A stretch of 64,000 bases of DNA from assembly GCA_024279915.1 (NCBI GenBank), contig JAJRRB010000039.1:652-64651 (forward strand), in the 5' to 3' direction. The position numbers were made by a program, and so were the translations under genes. Within the stretch, counting starts at the first letter, position 1, and every line of letters begins with the position of its first letter. Under the pieces are notes generated by a model. It saw only the letters and a list, made by a program, of their open reading frames with translations. It did not search any database and was not told the DNA's origin. Source of the stretch: Deltaproteobacteria bacterium. GTDB lineage: Bacteria > Desulfobacterota > Desulfuromonadia > Desulfuromonadales > BM103. This document shows, piece after piece, positions 15,455 through 25,312 of the stretch.

Positions 15455-16942
15455 ATGAACATGACGAATAAAAACAAGATCGTACCAGTAATTCTAAGCG
15501 GTGGCGCAGGCACACGCCTCTGGCCGTTATCACGCGAACTATATCCAAAACAACTTTTACCGCTGGTCGGGGAACAGACCATGCTGCAGGAGACCGTGCT
15601 GCGCTTGGAAGGGCTCGCTGACCTTGGTGCGCCGGTTGTGGTTTGTAACGACGCCCATCGTTTTATGGTGGCCGAGCAGCTGCGCCAGGTGAAGCAGGCG
15701 GCAGAGACCGTGATCCTTGAGCCGGTCGGTAGAAACACGGCTCCGGCTGTGGCTGTGGCGGCTCTACAGGCCATGGACGATGGTGAAGATCCGCTGCTGC
15801 TGGTGTTGGCTGCCGATCATGTGATCCGCGATGCGGCCGCACTCTGCACCGCAGTGACCAATGGTGTTGATGTGGTGCAGGATGGTGCGCTGCTGACTTT
15901 TGGGATTGTGCCGACAGCACCTGAGACGGGGTACGCTTACATCCGGTCGGGGGAGAGGCTTCGGGACGCGGGACGTGGGACGCGGGACGTGGAAAACCCA
16001 GCCTCCAGCCTCCAGTTACCAGCCCCAGAACTATATGATGTCCAGGAGTTTGTTGAGAAACCGGATCTGGATACGGCTGAAAAGTACCTTGCTAGCGGCG
16101 ACTACTACTGGAACAGCGGCATGTTTTTCTTTAAGGCCTCGGTCTTTCTGTCAGAATTGGAGAAATCTGCGCCGAAGATGTTGGCGGCCTGCCGCAAAGC
16201 CTGGCAGGGACGGTCATCTGACCTTGATTTTACCCGCCTAGATGCGGAGGCTTTTGCTGCCTGCCCCTCTGATTCTATCGATTATGCGGTGATGGAGAAG
16301 ACTGAGCGAGCTGTGGTGATTCCCCTCGATGCTGGTTGGAGCGATGTCGGCTCCTGGGCGGCGCTCTGGGAGGTTGGTGATGCTGATGACCATGGTAATG
16401 TCACCAGCGGTGATGTGAGCGAAGTTGCCTGCAAAGATAGTTATTTCTACGCCGGTTCGCGACTGGTCGCCGGGATCGGTCTGGAAGATACGATCGTGGT
16501 TGAGACGGCCGACGCCGTGCTGGTTGCCGCCAAGGATCGTGTCCAGGAGGTCAAAGAGATTGTCGCACGACTCAAAAAGCAGAATCGTGAAGAGTATCTG
16601 CTGCACAAACGCGTCAATCGACCCTGGGGCGCCTACGAGGGGCTCGATGCCGGTGACGGGTTTCTTGTCAAACGGATCATGGTGACACCCGGGGCCAGCC
16701 TTTCCCTGCAGAGCCATCAGCATCGCGCCGAGCACTGGGTGGTTGTGCGTGGGGTTGCAGAAGTGACTCTGGAGAATGTTGTGCAGACTGTTGAAGCCAA
16801 CCAGTCGATCTATATCCCGATTGGCCATAAGCACCGTTTCGCCAACCCCGGTGAGCAGGTTCTTGAGATCATTGAGGTGCAGACGGGCGACCATCTCTCT
16901 GAGGATGATATTGAGCGGTTTGATGATGAGTATGGACGTTAA
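15455..16942 (+). CDS. manC: Bifunctional mannose-1-phosphate guanylyltransferase / mannose-6-phosphate isomerase (type II PMI-GMP)
   Basis: Motifs: VILSGGAGTRLWPLSR..PKQ, GYAYI, FVEKPDLDTAEKYLASGDYYWNSGMFFF, and a C-terminal cupin (RPWG.Y, HRAEHWVVV.G). The start may be the second ATG at 15461 (better RBS spacing). Confidence 0.93.
   Translation: MNMTNKNKIVPVILSGGAGTRLWPLSRELYPKQLLPLVGEQTMLQETVLRLEGLADLGAPVVVCNDAHRFMVAEQLRQVKQAAETVILEPVGRNTAPAVAVAALQAMDDGEDPLLLVLAADHVIRDAAALCTAVTNGVDVVQDGALLTFGIVPTAPETGYAYIRSGERLRDAGRGTRDVENPASSLQLPAPELYDVQEFVEKPDLDTAEKYLASGDYYWNSGMFFFKASVFLSELEKSAPKMLAACRKAWQGRSSDLDFTRLDAEAFAACPSDSIDYAVMEKTERAVVIPLDAGWSDVGSWAALWEVGDADDHGNVTSGDVSEVACKDSYFYAGSRLVAGIGLEDTIVVETADAVLVAAKDRVQEVKEIVARLKKQNREEYLLHKRVNRPWGAYEGLDAGDGFLVKRIMVTPGASLSLQSHQHRAEHWVVVRGVAEVTLENVVQTVEANQSIYIPIGHKHRFANPGEQVLEIIEVQTGDHLSEDDIERFDDEYGR
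15963..16025 (+). repeat. 63-nt block of nine heptamers inside manC (GGGACGC GGGACGT GGGACGC GGGACGT GGAAAAC CCAGCCT CCAGCCT CCAGTTA CCAGCCC)
   Basis: Direct reading. 9 x 7 = 63 nt, the length of 21 codons; it spans 22 codons (offset by one base from the codon frame), read as RDAGRGTRDVENPASSLQLPAP between GERL and ELYDVQEFVEKP. Confidence 0.85.
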
Positions 16943-16952
16943 ATCACTCAAA

Positions 16953-17068
16953 TTTTGAATTTTGAATTCTTAATTTTTAATTGTAAGGTCAACAGTTAGA
17001 CAAAAGACGAAAGGGTTACGTGAAATGGTTCAGATTTTAATTCAAAATTCAAAATTCAAAATTGAGAA
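16953..17068. repeat. Inverted heptamer arrays (TTTTGAA x2, TTCTTAA, TTTTTAA ... TTCAAAA x3, TTGAGAA) flanking ~60 nt between manC and the phosphomannomutase gene
   Basis: The left array (16953-80) is the reverse complement of the right array's unit family (17041-68). Confidence 0.8.
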
Positions 17069-17074
17069 TTCGAT

Positions 17075-18427
17075 ATGAACATATCGTGTTTCAAAGCTTA
17101 CGATATCCGCGGTCGCATCCCCGACCAGCTCAATGAAGATGTCGCCTACCGCATCGGGCGCGCGTTTGCGCAATATCTGCACCCAAAAAGTGTCGTGGTC
17201 GGTCAGGATGTACGGCCAACCAGCCCAGCCTTGACGGCTGCTCTGATTAAGGGTTTGACCGAGGGTGGTGCCGATGTGCTTGATATTGGCCTGTGTGGTA
17301 CTGAGGAAGTCTATTTTGCCACATCGTATGCCAAGGCTGATGGTGGCATCATGGTAACGGCGAGTCATAACCCGGCTGATTACAACGGTATGAAGTTGGT
17401 GCGTGAGGAGAGCAAGCCGATCAGTGGTGATAGTGGTCTTGATCAGATCCGTCTGCTTGCAGAGCAGGGTGATTTCACTGTGCACGATCAAGTCGGCCAG
17501 GTGTCGCCTTATGAACACCGGGTTGCTTATATTCGTCATTTACTCAGCTATATCGATGCTTCTGCATTACGTCCACTGAAGGTGGTGGTGAATGCCGGTA
17601 ACGGTTGTGCCGGGCCCTTGCTCGATCTGCTGGAGAAGCAGCTACCGCTGGAGATCATCAAGATTTGCCACGAACCAGATGGCTCTTTTCCCAATGGCAT
17701 CCCTAATCCACTGCTGCCGGAAAACCGCGGCATCACGCGTGATGCTGTTCTGGAACATGGTGCCGGACTCGGGATAGCGTGGGACGGTGACTTTGACCGT
17801 TGTTTTTTCTTCAACGAGCATGGTGAGTTTATCGAAGGTTACTACATTGTTGGCCTGCTCGCGGAGGCGTTTCTGGCCAATCAGCCGGATGCTAAAATCA
17901 TCCATGACCCGCGTTTGACCTGGAATACCATCGATATCGTAGAACAGGCGGGTGGTCAGACTGTAATGAGCAAAACCGGCCATGCGTTTATCAAGGAGCG
18001 TATGCGCGCCGAGGATGCCATTTATGGCGGCGAGATGAGCGCTCATCACTATTTTCGCGACTTTGCTTACTGTGATAGTGGTATGATCCCATGGCTGCTG
18101 GTGGTTGAGTTGATGTGCCGTCAGCGCAAGCTGCTTTCCGAACTGGTTGGTGAGCGGATGCTCAAATTCCCTGCCAGTGGTGAAATCAACCTGACTCTCA
18201 AAAATCCGACGGCTGCAATCGCTGCGGTTGAGGAGAAATATGCGGCTGGTGCCATCGCAGTTGATCATACTGACGGGCTTTCGGTAGAGTATGAGAATTG
18301 GCGCTTTAATCTGCGGATGTCTAATACTGAGCCGGTGGTTCGGTTGAACGTGGAGTCACGCGGGGATCAAACACTTATGCAGGAAAGAACAGAGGAAATC
18401 CTGAGTTTTCTTGAGAAAGTTAACTGA
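17075..18427 (+). CDS. Phosphomannomutase/phosphoglucomutase (alpha-D-phosphohexomutase)
   Basis: The active-site loop [13 protein letters not shown], the metal loop WDGDFDRC, and [10 protein letters not shown] all match the ManB/AlgC family. Confidence 0.92.
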   Translation: MNISCFKAYDIRGRIPDQLNEDVAYRIGRAFAQYLHPKSVVVGQDVRPTSPALTAALIKGLTEGGADVLDIGLCGTEEVYFATSYAKADGGIMVTASHNPADYNGMKLVREESKPISGDSGLDQIRLLAEQGDFTVHDQVGQVSPYEHRVAYIRHLLSYIDASALRPLKVVVNAGNGCAGPLLDLLEKQLPLEIIKICHEPDGSFPNGIPNPLLPENRGITRDAVLEHGAGLGIAWDGDFDRCFFFNEHGEFIEGYYIVGLLAEAFLANQPDAKIIHDPRLTWNTIDIVEQAGGQTVMSKTGHAFIKERMRAEDAIYGGEMSAHHYFRDFAYCDSGMIPWLLVVELMCRQRKLLSELVGERMLKFPASGEINLTLKNPTAAIAAVEEKYAAGAIAVDHTDGLSVEYENWRFNLRMSNTEPVVRLNVESRGDQTLMQERTEEILSFLEKVN

Positions 18428-18518
18428 ACGATTGATGAACTCGTAAAGTCAAAAGCGTGTAAATTAATGTTTTTATGATTATAGTCTTAACTATTACGAA
18501 CAGCACCCAAGGTAAATC

Positions 18519-19589
18519 ATGAATCAAAGTGTTGAGATAAAATCAGATTCCCACGTCCCACGTCCCGCGTCCCGCGTCCCAGGTTTTAAGGTTCTGGTAA
18601 CCGGTGCCGCAGGCTTCATAGGTTCCCACCTCAGCCACCGTTTATTGGCCAGGGGTGATACGGTCATCGGTCTGGATAATCTGAACGATTACTATGAAGT
18701 ATCACTTAAGGAAAATCGTCTTAAGCGGTTAACTGGTAAAGAAAACTTTACCTTTGTAAAGTGTTCACTTGAAGATCGTGACGGCATAGATAAACTTTTT
18801 TCTGAGCATAACTTCGATGCGGTGGTTAACCTCGCAGCTCAGGCTGGGGTGCGTTATTCGTTGACCAATCCCCGTGCTTATGTCGATGCCAACCTGGTTG
18901 GTTTCATGAATATCCTTGAGGGGTGTCGACATCATCAGGTCGGTCATCTGGTTTATGCATCGTCCTCGTCAGTCTATGGCGCCAATACCAGCATGCCATT
19001 CTCGGTGCACGATAATATCGATCATCCACTGTCGCTTTACGCTGCGAGCAAGAAGGCCAATGAGTTGATGGCGCACACCTATGCGCATCTTTATAATTTG
19101 CCCTGTACCGGTTTGCGTTTCTTTACCGTTTACGGCCCTTGGGGACGTCCGGATATGGCTCTCTTTCTTTTTACTAAAGCGATTCTCGCTGGTGAGCCGA
19201 TCGATGTTTTCAATCATGGCCGTATGCGACGGGATTTTACCTATATTGACGATATTGTCGAGGGCGTTGTACGGGTAACTGATCAACCAGCACAGCCGAA
19301 CGCCGAATGGTCTGGCGATAACCCCGATCCGGGGACCAGTATGGCCCCTTATCGGGTCTACAATATTGGTAATAACAATCCGGTTGAGTTGATGCACATG
19401 ATCGAGACGTTAGAAAAAGCTCTGGGTAAGGTTGCGGTGAAAAATTTCCTTCCTATCCAGCCGGGTGATGTGCCTGCCACCTGGGCTAATGTCGATGCAT
19501 TGAGCGATGATGTCGGATTTCGACCGGCGACCTCGATTGAAGAGGGTGTTGGTCGGTTTGTTGAGTGGTATACGGGGTATTATTCATGA
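18519..19589 (+). CDS. NAD-dependent nucleotide-sugar epimerase, UDP-glucuronate 4-epimerase-like
   Basis: Motifs: [58 protein letters not shown]. It carries an unusual ~22-aa N-terminal extension that includes a translated heptamer array. Confidence 0.85.
   Translation: MNQSVEIKSDSHVPRPASRVPGFKVLVTGAAGFIGSHLSHRLLARGDTVIGLDNLNDYYEVSLKENRLKRLTGKENFTFVKCSLEDRDGIDKLFSEHNFDAVVNLAAQAGVRYSLTNPRAYVDANLVGFMNILEGCRHHQVGHLVYASSSSVYGANTSMPFSVHDNIDHPLSLYAASKKANELMAHTYAHLYNLPCTGLRFFTVYGPWGRPDMALFLFTKAILAGEPIDVFNHGRMRRDFTYIDDIVEGVVRVTDQPAQPNAEWSGDNPDPGTSMAPYRVYNIGNNNPVELMHMIETLEKALGKVAVKNFLPIQPGDVPATWANVDALSDDVGFRPATSIEEGVGRFVEWYTGYYS
18550..18584 (+). repeat. Heptamer array CCCACGT CCCACGT CCCGCGT CCCGCGT CCCAGGT within the 5' end of the epimerase CDS
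   Basis: Direct reading. It is the reverse-complement family of GGGACGY and is translated as ..[12 protein letters not shown].. Confidence 0.8.
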
Positions 19590-20899
19590 GTTCAATTGTC
19601 GCTATAGTCGGTCGTCCCAATGTTGGCAAATCGACGCTTTTTAACCGCATCATAGGCAGACGTGTGGCCAGTGTTGAGGATGTGCCGGGTGTGACGCGTG
19701 ATCGTAATTATGCGGAGGTGACTCGCTACGAGAAGCGCTTCACTCTGATCGATACCGGTGGTTTTGAACCGGTCAGTAATGAACGCCTGCTCGCCCAGAT
19801 GCGTGAACAGTCACAGCTTGCGATGGAAGAGGCTGACATCATCCTTTTTCTGATGGATGGCCGCGAGGGTTTGAATCCTGCTGATGAAGAGGTCGCACAC
19901 ATGCTGCGCCAGGTCGATAAACCGGTGCTGTTTGTGGTCAACCAGGTCGATGGCCCAACCCAGGAAGCGAACCTTGGAGAGTTTTATGCCCTCGGTGTCG
20001 GTGAAATCCACTCCATTGCAGCTGAGCATCGTCTCGGTACGCGTGACCTGGTCGATGAAATCCAGGCTTTGCTGCCTGAGCAGGTCGATGATGATGAAGA
20101 CGTTACCGAAACTCGTCTGGCAATTATCGGTCGGCCCAATGTCGGCAAATCGTCGTTGGTCAATCGCATGCTCGGTTTTGAGCGGGTGGTCGCCAACCCG
20201 ACTGCCGGTACGACTCGTGACAGTGTTGATACGCCTTTTAACTACAATCAACGTCGTTATGTACTGATAGATACCGCCGGAATCCGCCGCAAGGGCAGGG
20301 TGTCACAGAAACTGGAAAAATATTCAGTCATTCTTGCGGTAAAAGCGATGGATCGAGCACATATTACCTTGGTGGTCATCGATGCTGAAGAGGGCATGAC
20401 CGATCAGGACCTGACGATTGCTGGTTATGCTCACGAACGCGGACGGGCCGTCATCCTGGTGGTGAATAAGTGGGATCTGGTCAAGAAGAATAATGCCACC
20501 ATGGGTGACTATATCAAGGAGGTGCGTGGGGCCTTCCGCTTTCTTCCTGACAGCCCTATTCATTTTGTTTCTGCTCTCAGTGGCCAGCGCATCAGCAAAA
20601 TCATGGCGGATGTGGAGATGGTCAACGATGAGTTTAACCGTAAGGTACCGACGTCTCAACTCAATAAACTACTGAAAGATGCGGAATATAACCATCAGCC
20701 GCCTATGTATCGCGGTAAACGCGTCAAGTTTTTCTACATTACCCAGACCGCTGTCCGCCCACCAACCTTTGTCGTTTTTGTCAACAAGGCCGATGGAGTT
20801 CATTTCTCCTATGAGCGCTATCTTATGAACTGCCTGCGTCAGGCCTTTGGCTTTACCGCATGCCCGATTCGCTTGAAATTTTCTGATCGTGAACATTAG
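19586..20899 (+). CDS. der: Ribosome-associated GTPase Der (EngA), double G-domain
   Basis: Two P-loops (GRPNVGKST / GRPNVGKSS), two DTGG/DTAG motifs and NQVD/NKWD motifs, plus a KH-like C-terminus. The ATG overlaps the upstream stop (ATGA). Confidence 0.95.
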   Translation: MSSIVAIVGRPNVGKSTLFNRIIGRRVASVEDVPGVTRDRNYAEVTRYEKRFTLIDTGGFEPVSNERLLAQMREQSQLAMEEADIILFLMDGREGLNPADEEVAHMLRQVDKPVLFVVNQVDGPTQEANLGEFYALGVGEIHSIAAEHRLGTRDLVDEIQALLPEQVDDDEDVTETRLAIIGRPNVGKSSLVNRMLGFERVVANPTAGTTRDSVDTPFNYNQRRYVLIDTAGIRRKGRVSQKLEKYSVILAVKAMDRAHITLVVIDAEEGMTDQDLTIAGYAHERGRAVILVVNKWDLVKKNNATMGDYIKEVRGAFRFLPDSPIHFVSALSGQRISKIMADVEMVNDEFNRKVPTSQLNKLLKDAEYNHQPPMYRGKRVKFFYITQTAVRPPTFVVFVNKADGVHFSYERYLMNCLRQAFGFTACPIRLKFSDREH

Positions 20900-20900
20900 C

Positions 20901-21012
20901 GCTGGAGGCTGGGGGTTGGAGATTAGGGGTTAACCCCAAGGGCCAAGGCTCTAAGATCCAGCCGCCTTACATCTTTACCGCCCTAAAACTTACAGCTTTA
21001 TAGCCTTTACTT
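20901..21012. repeat. ~110-nt intergenic tract made of concatenated short heptamer arrays (GCTGGAG GCTGGGG GTTGGAG ATTAGGG GTTAACC CCAAGGG CCAAGGC ... ACAGCTT TATAGCC)
   Basis: Direct reading in a 7-nt register from the der stop codon onward. Confidence 0.65.
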
Positions 21013-21108
21013 GACAGCCCTCATTGAAGTATATTGTTTGCTGTTTAATTTCCGATTGTTACGTCGTATTTGTGTCCCCTTTAGTGTTGATGTTTTTACG
21101 AAGAGCTT

Positions 21109-22790
21109 ATGAGTCTCGTTGGTAACCTTGAAGATCTCGGCCTGGGGGAAATCCTCCAGATTGTCAGCCTAAGCCGTAAGTCCGGCGTTTTGCAGTTGAC
21201 CAGCCGTGAACGGGAAGGGCGTGTCATTTTTTTGACGGCCAGGTCATTCGTGCGTCTGCTTCCACCCATCCAGAAAACCTGGGCGATCTGGTTCTGCGTG
21301 AGGGTATGGCTGACATGGAGACGCTTAAAAAGGCTCTGGTCATCCAGCAGAAAAGCGATGATGAGCGTCGCATCGGCGACATCCTGGTCAGTGATTTTGG
21401 GGTTGATCGCGAGGACATTGAGAAGGCTGTTCGTGAGCAGGTTGAAAAGGTTGTCTATAGTTTTTTCAGCTGGGATGAAGGGTCATTTTCTTTTGAGCTT
21501 GGTGACCCTGGAGAATTGGCGGCCACCAATCTGAACCCTCTGCAATTCATGCTCGACAGTGGCCTCAACCCGCAATGGCTGGCGATGGAAGGCAGCCGTC
21601 TTCTTGATGAAAGGCGCCATCGTGGTGAAACTGACGATGAACAGGGTGAATCTCTGGTCGATATTGATCAGCTGTTGGCTGAAGTCAAGGGTGAGGCCGT
21701 CACTGGCAAATCTGTGGCCTCAGAGGCTGAGAGTCAGTTGCTGGCTCACCGGTTTATCGTCGTTGACGACGATCCAGACACTGCCGAACAAAGCGCTACC
21801 CTGCTACAGGAGCGCAAGGCTCAGGTTCATGTTTTCACCAATTATCTCTCCTTTTTAGGAGCGGTGGAGGGTGCCGATCCGCAATCGACAACTCTTGTTA
21901 TCGATCTTATTATGCCTCGCCGTGATGGCAGTGGCGTTCTCGGTGGTCTTGGACTACTTGAGGAAGTTCGTCAGAAGTACCCTGATTTCCAAGTTCTCGT
22001 CATGTCGGATCATCCGAATCAGGAGGCGGAGCAGAGCGTACGCAACTTTGGTGTGCCGACTCTTTTCCCCAAACCGAAAAAAACTGATGTTCTAGACGAT
22101 CGTGGTCGTGATGGCTTGATTGCTCTGGTTGATGCAATTATCGCCCTCAGTGAAAAGCCCACTGACGATGAGCATGCAGCAGAAGGCATGTACAATATCG
22201 GCGCGGAACTGCTCAAGGAAATGGGTGAGGTGGCAACCGAAGTTTCGCCGCAAGCCTCCCTTCAGTCTCCTGGATTGCATCTGTTACGTGGCATGCTGCA
22301 AGAGCTGAGCAACCCTTCTCTCGGCGGTGGTATTATCTTGCTGATTCTGCGTTTTGCCAGCGAGTTGATGAATCGAGCTGTGATTCTTCTGGTTAAGGAA
22401 GAAGAGATCGTTGGTCTGGGACAGTTTGGGATTGAACTGGAAGGTGAGTCTGCAGATGTTCGGGTACGAAATATCAAGCTACCAAAAGCAGAAAAGCATG
22501 TCTTTACAGAAGCTTTGCAATCTTTTGCTCCCTACCGTAGGGAACCGAGAGAAACGGAGCTGAACAATTACTTCTTCGATCAACTGGGTGGGGAACGCCC
22601 TGGTGAGGTTTTTGTCGGTCCGTTGATTAGTGAAGGCAGAGTGGTCGCCGTTCTTTATGGTGATAACCTTCCTGACGAGAAGCCGGTTGGTGATACCGAA
22701 TCGCTGGAAATATTCCTTTCCCAGGCAGGCCTGGCGATGGAAAAAGCTCTACTTGAGCGCCGCATGATGAGTAAGCCTGCTAACGGTTAG
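21109..22790 (+). pseudogene. DUF4388 (PatA-N-like) + receiver-like + C-terminal GAF-like domain protein, split by a 1-nt frameshift at a T7 run (21227-21233)
   Basis: Frame 1 reads MSLVGNLEDLGLGEILQIVSLSRKSGVLQLTSREREGRVIF. The next frame continues with DGQVIRASASTHPENLGDLVLREGMADMETLKKAL.., which is contiguous DUF4388 consensus. Downstream are FIVVDDDPD...VIDLIMPRRDG (REC-like) and a GAF-like tail. T8 instead of T7 would restore a single ORF. Confidence 0.75.
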
Positions 22791-22792
22791 TT

Positions 22793-22836
22793 GGGAGCAG
22801 GGAGCTGGGAGCTAATCAGCTAATCAGCTAGAAACT
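22793..22836. repeat. Array GGGAGCA GGGAGCT GGGAGCT AATCAGCT AATCAGCT AGAAACT upstream of cheY
   Basis: Direct reading of 7- and 8-nt units; it runs into the RBS AAGGAG. Confidence 0.7.
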
Positions 22837-22851
22837 AAGGAGTCTGCTGTA

Positions 22852-23223
22852 GTGAATAAGAAAATTCTGATAGCTGAAGACTCGCTGACTATGCGCTCGC
22901 TCATTGTTTCGACAATCGTGGCGATGGGTGACTATGAAACTGTTGAGGCGGCTAATGGTTTTGAGGCCTTGCGGATTCTGCCGCGTGAAAAGGTAGACCT
23001 GATTATTACTGACATTAATATGCCGGATATTAACGGCCTGGAATTAGTCAGCTTCATCCGTAATAACGAAAACTATCGGGAAACCCCGCTCTTCATTATC
23101 AGTACTGAAGGAAGTGAGCGTGACAGGGAGAAGGGGATGGCTCTTGGTGCCAACGCCTATCTTGTCAAACCTTTTGCTCCGCATCAGTTGCAACAACTGA
23201 TACGCGAATACCTGGAGGGGTGA
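22852..23223 (+). CDS. cheY: CheY-like single-domain response regulator
   Basis: The motifs ILIAEDS, DLIITDINMPDINGLEL, and T...KAL/GANAYLVKPF give the D-D-T-K receiver signature. GTG start. Confidence 0.9.
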   Translation: MNKKILIAEDSLTMRSLIVSTIVAMGDYETVEAANGFEALRILPREKVDLIITDINMPDINGLELVSFIRNNENYRETPLFIISTEGSERDREKGMALGANAYLVKPFAPHQLQQLIREYLEG

Positions 23224-23224
23224 C

Positions 23225-25294
23225 TTGTCTGATAAGAACTCTTCACAAGCCCTCAAGGATTTCATCAGTGAAACCGAGGAAATTATCGGGTCACTTAATC
23301 TTGACCTGGTCAATCTAGCAGATTCTGTCGATTCAGGTGATTGTGACCCCGATGTGCTCAACGGTATCTTTCGGGGTGCTCATTCAATTAAGGGCCTGGC
23401 CGGTATGTTTGGCTTTGATGACCTTTCTGAGCTCTCCCACTCCATGGAAAATCTGCTGGATGGTTTGCGCCTTGGCAAAGTTCCTTTCAACCAATTTCTG
23501 GTCGACACCCTCTTCAGCTCTCTCGATGTTCTAATCAATCTGATTGATGGTAAAAGCAACGATGAGAACTTCACCCTCGATCTGAGTCCCATCCTGGCAC
23601 AGATGAGTCAGGCTGCTGTGGGTGATGTGCAGGCTGAAGAGGACCCCTTGGCCATCCTGAATATTGATTCGTCGATACTAAACGTTCTTACCGAGTACGA
23701 AGAGCACCGGCTACTCGAAAATATCCGTAAGGGCCGTCATATTCACATGCTGCGCATGGATTTCGACCTGGCCAGCTTTGATCAGGAACTCGCCGAAATT
23801 ACTCAGCAACTCAAGCAACAGGGTGAGGTTGTCAGTACGTTACCGTCGGTCGGTGATATCAGCGAACGGATTGCGTTTCAGATCCTATACGGCAGTGACT
23901 TGAATCCGGCCGATATCGAATTGCTGCTGAGTCGTGAAAATATTGATATTCACACTTACGGTGATGTGGTTGCTGAGCCCGAACCGGAAGGCTTTGTACT
24001 GGAGGAACCCTCAGCCGTTGCAACGGTTGCAGCTGAGTCACAGTTGCCTGCAGTGGTTGCAGATGTTGATGGTGGTAGCAGCTCATTACGGTCGATCAGC
24101 CGCACGGTCAGAGTTGATATCGACAAGCTTGACCTGCTGATGAATATCGTTGGCGAACTGGTTCTCTCAAAGAGTGCTATTGTCAATATTGGTGACCGTC
24201 TCAAGAAAACTGATGAAAAGGAGCTGGCCACAGATCTTGGTAAGACCACACGTATTCTTGAACGCCGTTTGCACGAGCTGCAAAAAGGCGTTATGGATGT
24301 GCGTATGGTTCCAGTGGGTCAACTCTTTGACAAGATGACTAGAATTGTGCGGCGGGTGTCCAATGAACAAGGTAAGAAAGTTGACCTTGATATCAAGGGT
24401 GCGGACACCGAACTTGATAAGCTGATCATTGAGGACGTCTCTGATCCACTCATGCATATCATCCGTAATGCGATCGATCACGGCCTGGAGACTCCCCAGG
24501 AACGCCGTGCCGCAGGTAAGCCTGAGAAAGGACTGGTGGAACTCTGGGCTTCTCAGAAAGGTAATCACGTCGTCATCGAAGTGCATGATGATGGTCGCGG
24601 TATCGATACTGATAAGGTCTGTCGCAAGGCGATTGAAAAAGGGTTGATCTCTGCGAACCAGACGCTGACCGAAGAGGAGATTTTTGAGCTGCTCTTTATG
24701 CCCGGTTTCTCAACTCGTGACGAGGTGAGTGATCTCTCTGGGCGCGGGGTCGGTATGGATGTTGTCAAGAATAATATAACGGCACTTTCCGGCATGATCG
24801 AGGTGAAAAGCCTGCCTGGACAGGGCTCCAGCATGATCATTACCTTGCCGATCACCCTGGCAATCATCAAGGCGCTGATTGTGCGTGTTGGTGACAAAAC
24901 CTATGCGATCCCCATTAACTCTGTGCTAGAGACTCTGATGATTGATGTCGATACTATTCAGACTGTTGAGCGGCGTGAAGTGATCGAGTTGAGAAAAAAC
25001 ACCGTATCGTTGCTACGTCTTGACCGGGTTTTTGATTTGCCTGCAGCGAACAATCATAATGAGCACCGTCTTTTTGTCGCAATTGTTGGCCTGGCTGAAA
25101 AGCGTATGGGTTTTGTCGTTGATGAGCTTTTGGGGCAGCAGGATGTTGTTATCAAATCTCTCGGTAAAGCGCTTGGTTTTGTCAAAGGGATTGCCGGAGC
25201 GGCGGAACTTGGCAATCAGAAAACCATTTTGGTTCTTGATGTTGCCGGGCTGATGACTGAAGCGCTGCGCGGTGAGTCTTCACTCCATTCATGA
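23225..25294 (+). CDS. cheA: Chemotaxis histidine kinase CheA
   Basis: HPt motif (FRGAHSIKGLAGMFG), dimerisation region, HATPase motifs (HIIRNAIDHGLE; HDDGRGID; GFSTRDEVSDLSGRGVGMDVV), and a C-terminal CheW-like domain. TTG start abuts the cheY stop. Confidence 0.93.
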   Translation: MSDKNSSQALKDFISETEEIIGSLNLDLVNLADSVDSGDCDPDVLNGIFRGAHSIKGLAGMFGFDDLSELSHSMENLLDGLRLGKVPFNQFLVDTLFSSLDVLINLIDGKSNDENFTLDLSPILAQMSQAAVGDVQAEEDPLAILNIDSSILNVLTEYEEHRLLENIRKGRHIHMLRMDFDLASFDQELAEITQQLKQQGEVVSTLPSVGDISERIAFQILYGSDLNPADIELLLSRENIDIHTYGDVVAEPEPEGFVLEEPSAVATVAAESQLPAVVADVDGGSSSLRSISRTVRVDIDKLDLLMNIVGELVLSKSAIVNIGDRLKKTDEKELATDLGKTTRILERRLHELQKGVMDVRMVPVGQLFDKMTRIVRRVSNEQGKKVDLDIKGADTELDKLIIEDVSDPLMHIIRNAIDHGLETPQERRAAGKPEKGLVELWASQKGNHVVIEVHDDGRGIDTDKVCRKAIEKGLISANQTLTEEEIFELLFMPGFSTRDEVSDLSGRGVGMDVVKNNITALSGMIEVKSLPGQGSSMIITLPITLAIIKALIVRVGDKTYAIPINSVLETLMIDVDTIQTVERREVIELRKNTVSLLRLDRVFDLPAANNHNEHRLFVAIVGLAEKRMGFVVDELLGQQDVVIKSLGKALGFVKGIAGAAELGNQKTILVLDVAGLMTEALRGESSLHS

Positions 25295-25312
25295 CTTGTT
25301 GCGAGTGTGTAA

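Noticed and set aside
15963-16025. Possibility that the manC insert is an intein or intron
   Set aside because: At 63 nt it is far too short. There are no intein splicing residues or group I/II structural motifs, and it is plainly made of the same heptamer units found intergenically.
21011-21040. TTGACA box upstream of the DUF4388 gene as a sigma70 promoter
   Set aside because: No acceptable -10 hexamer exists at 16-18 nt spacing; TATATT and TATTGT lie at 13-15 nt. It was too weak to report as a feature.
9292-22836. Possibility that the short tandem arrays are CRISPR arrays
   Set aside because: The units are 7-8 nt and directly abutting, with no 25-40-nt spacers, no 24-48-nt repeats, and no cas genes in the window.
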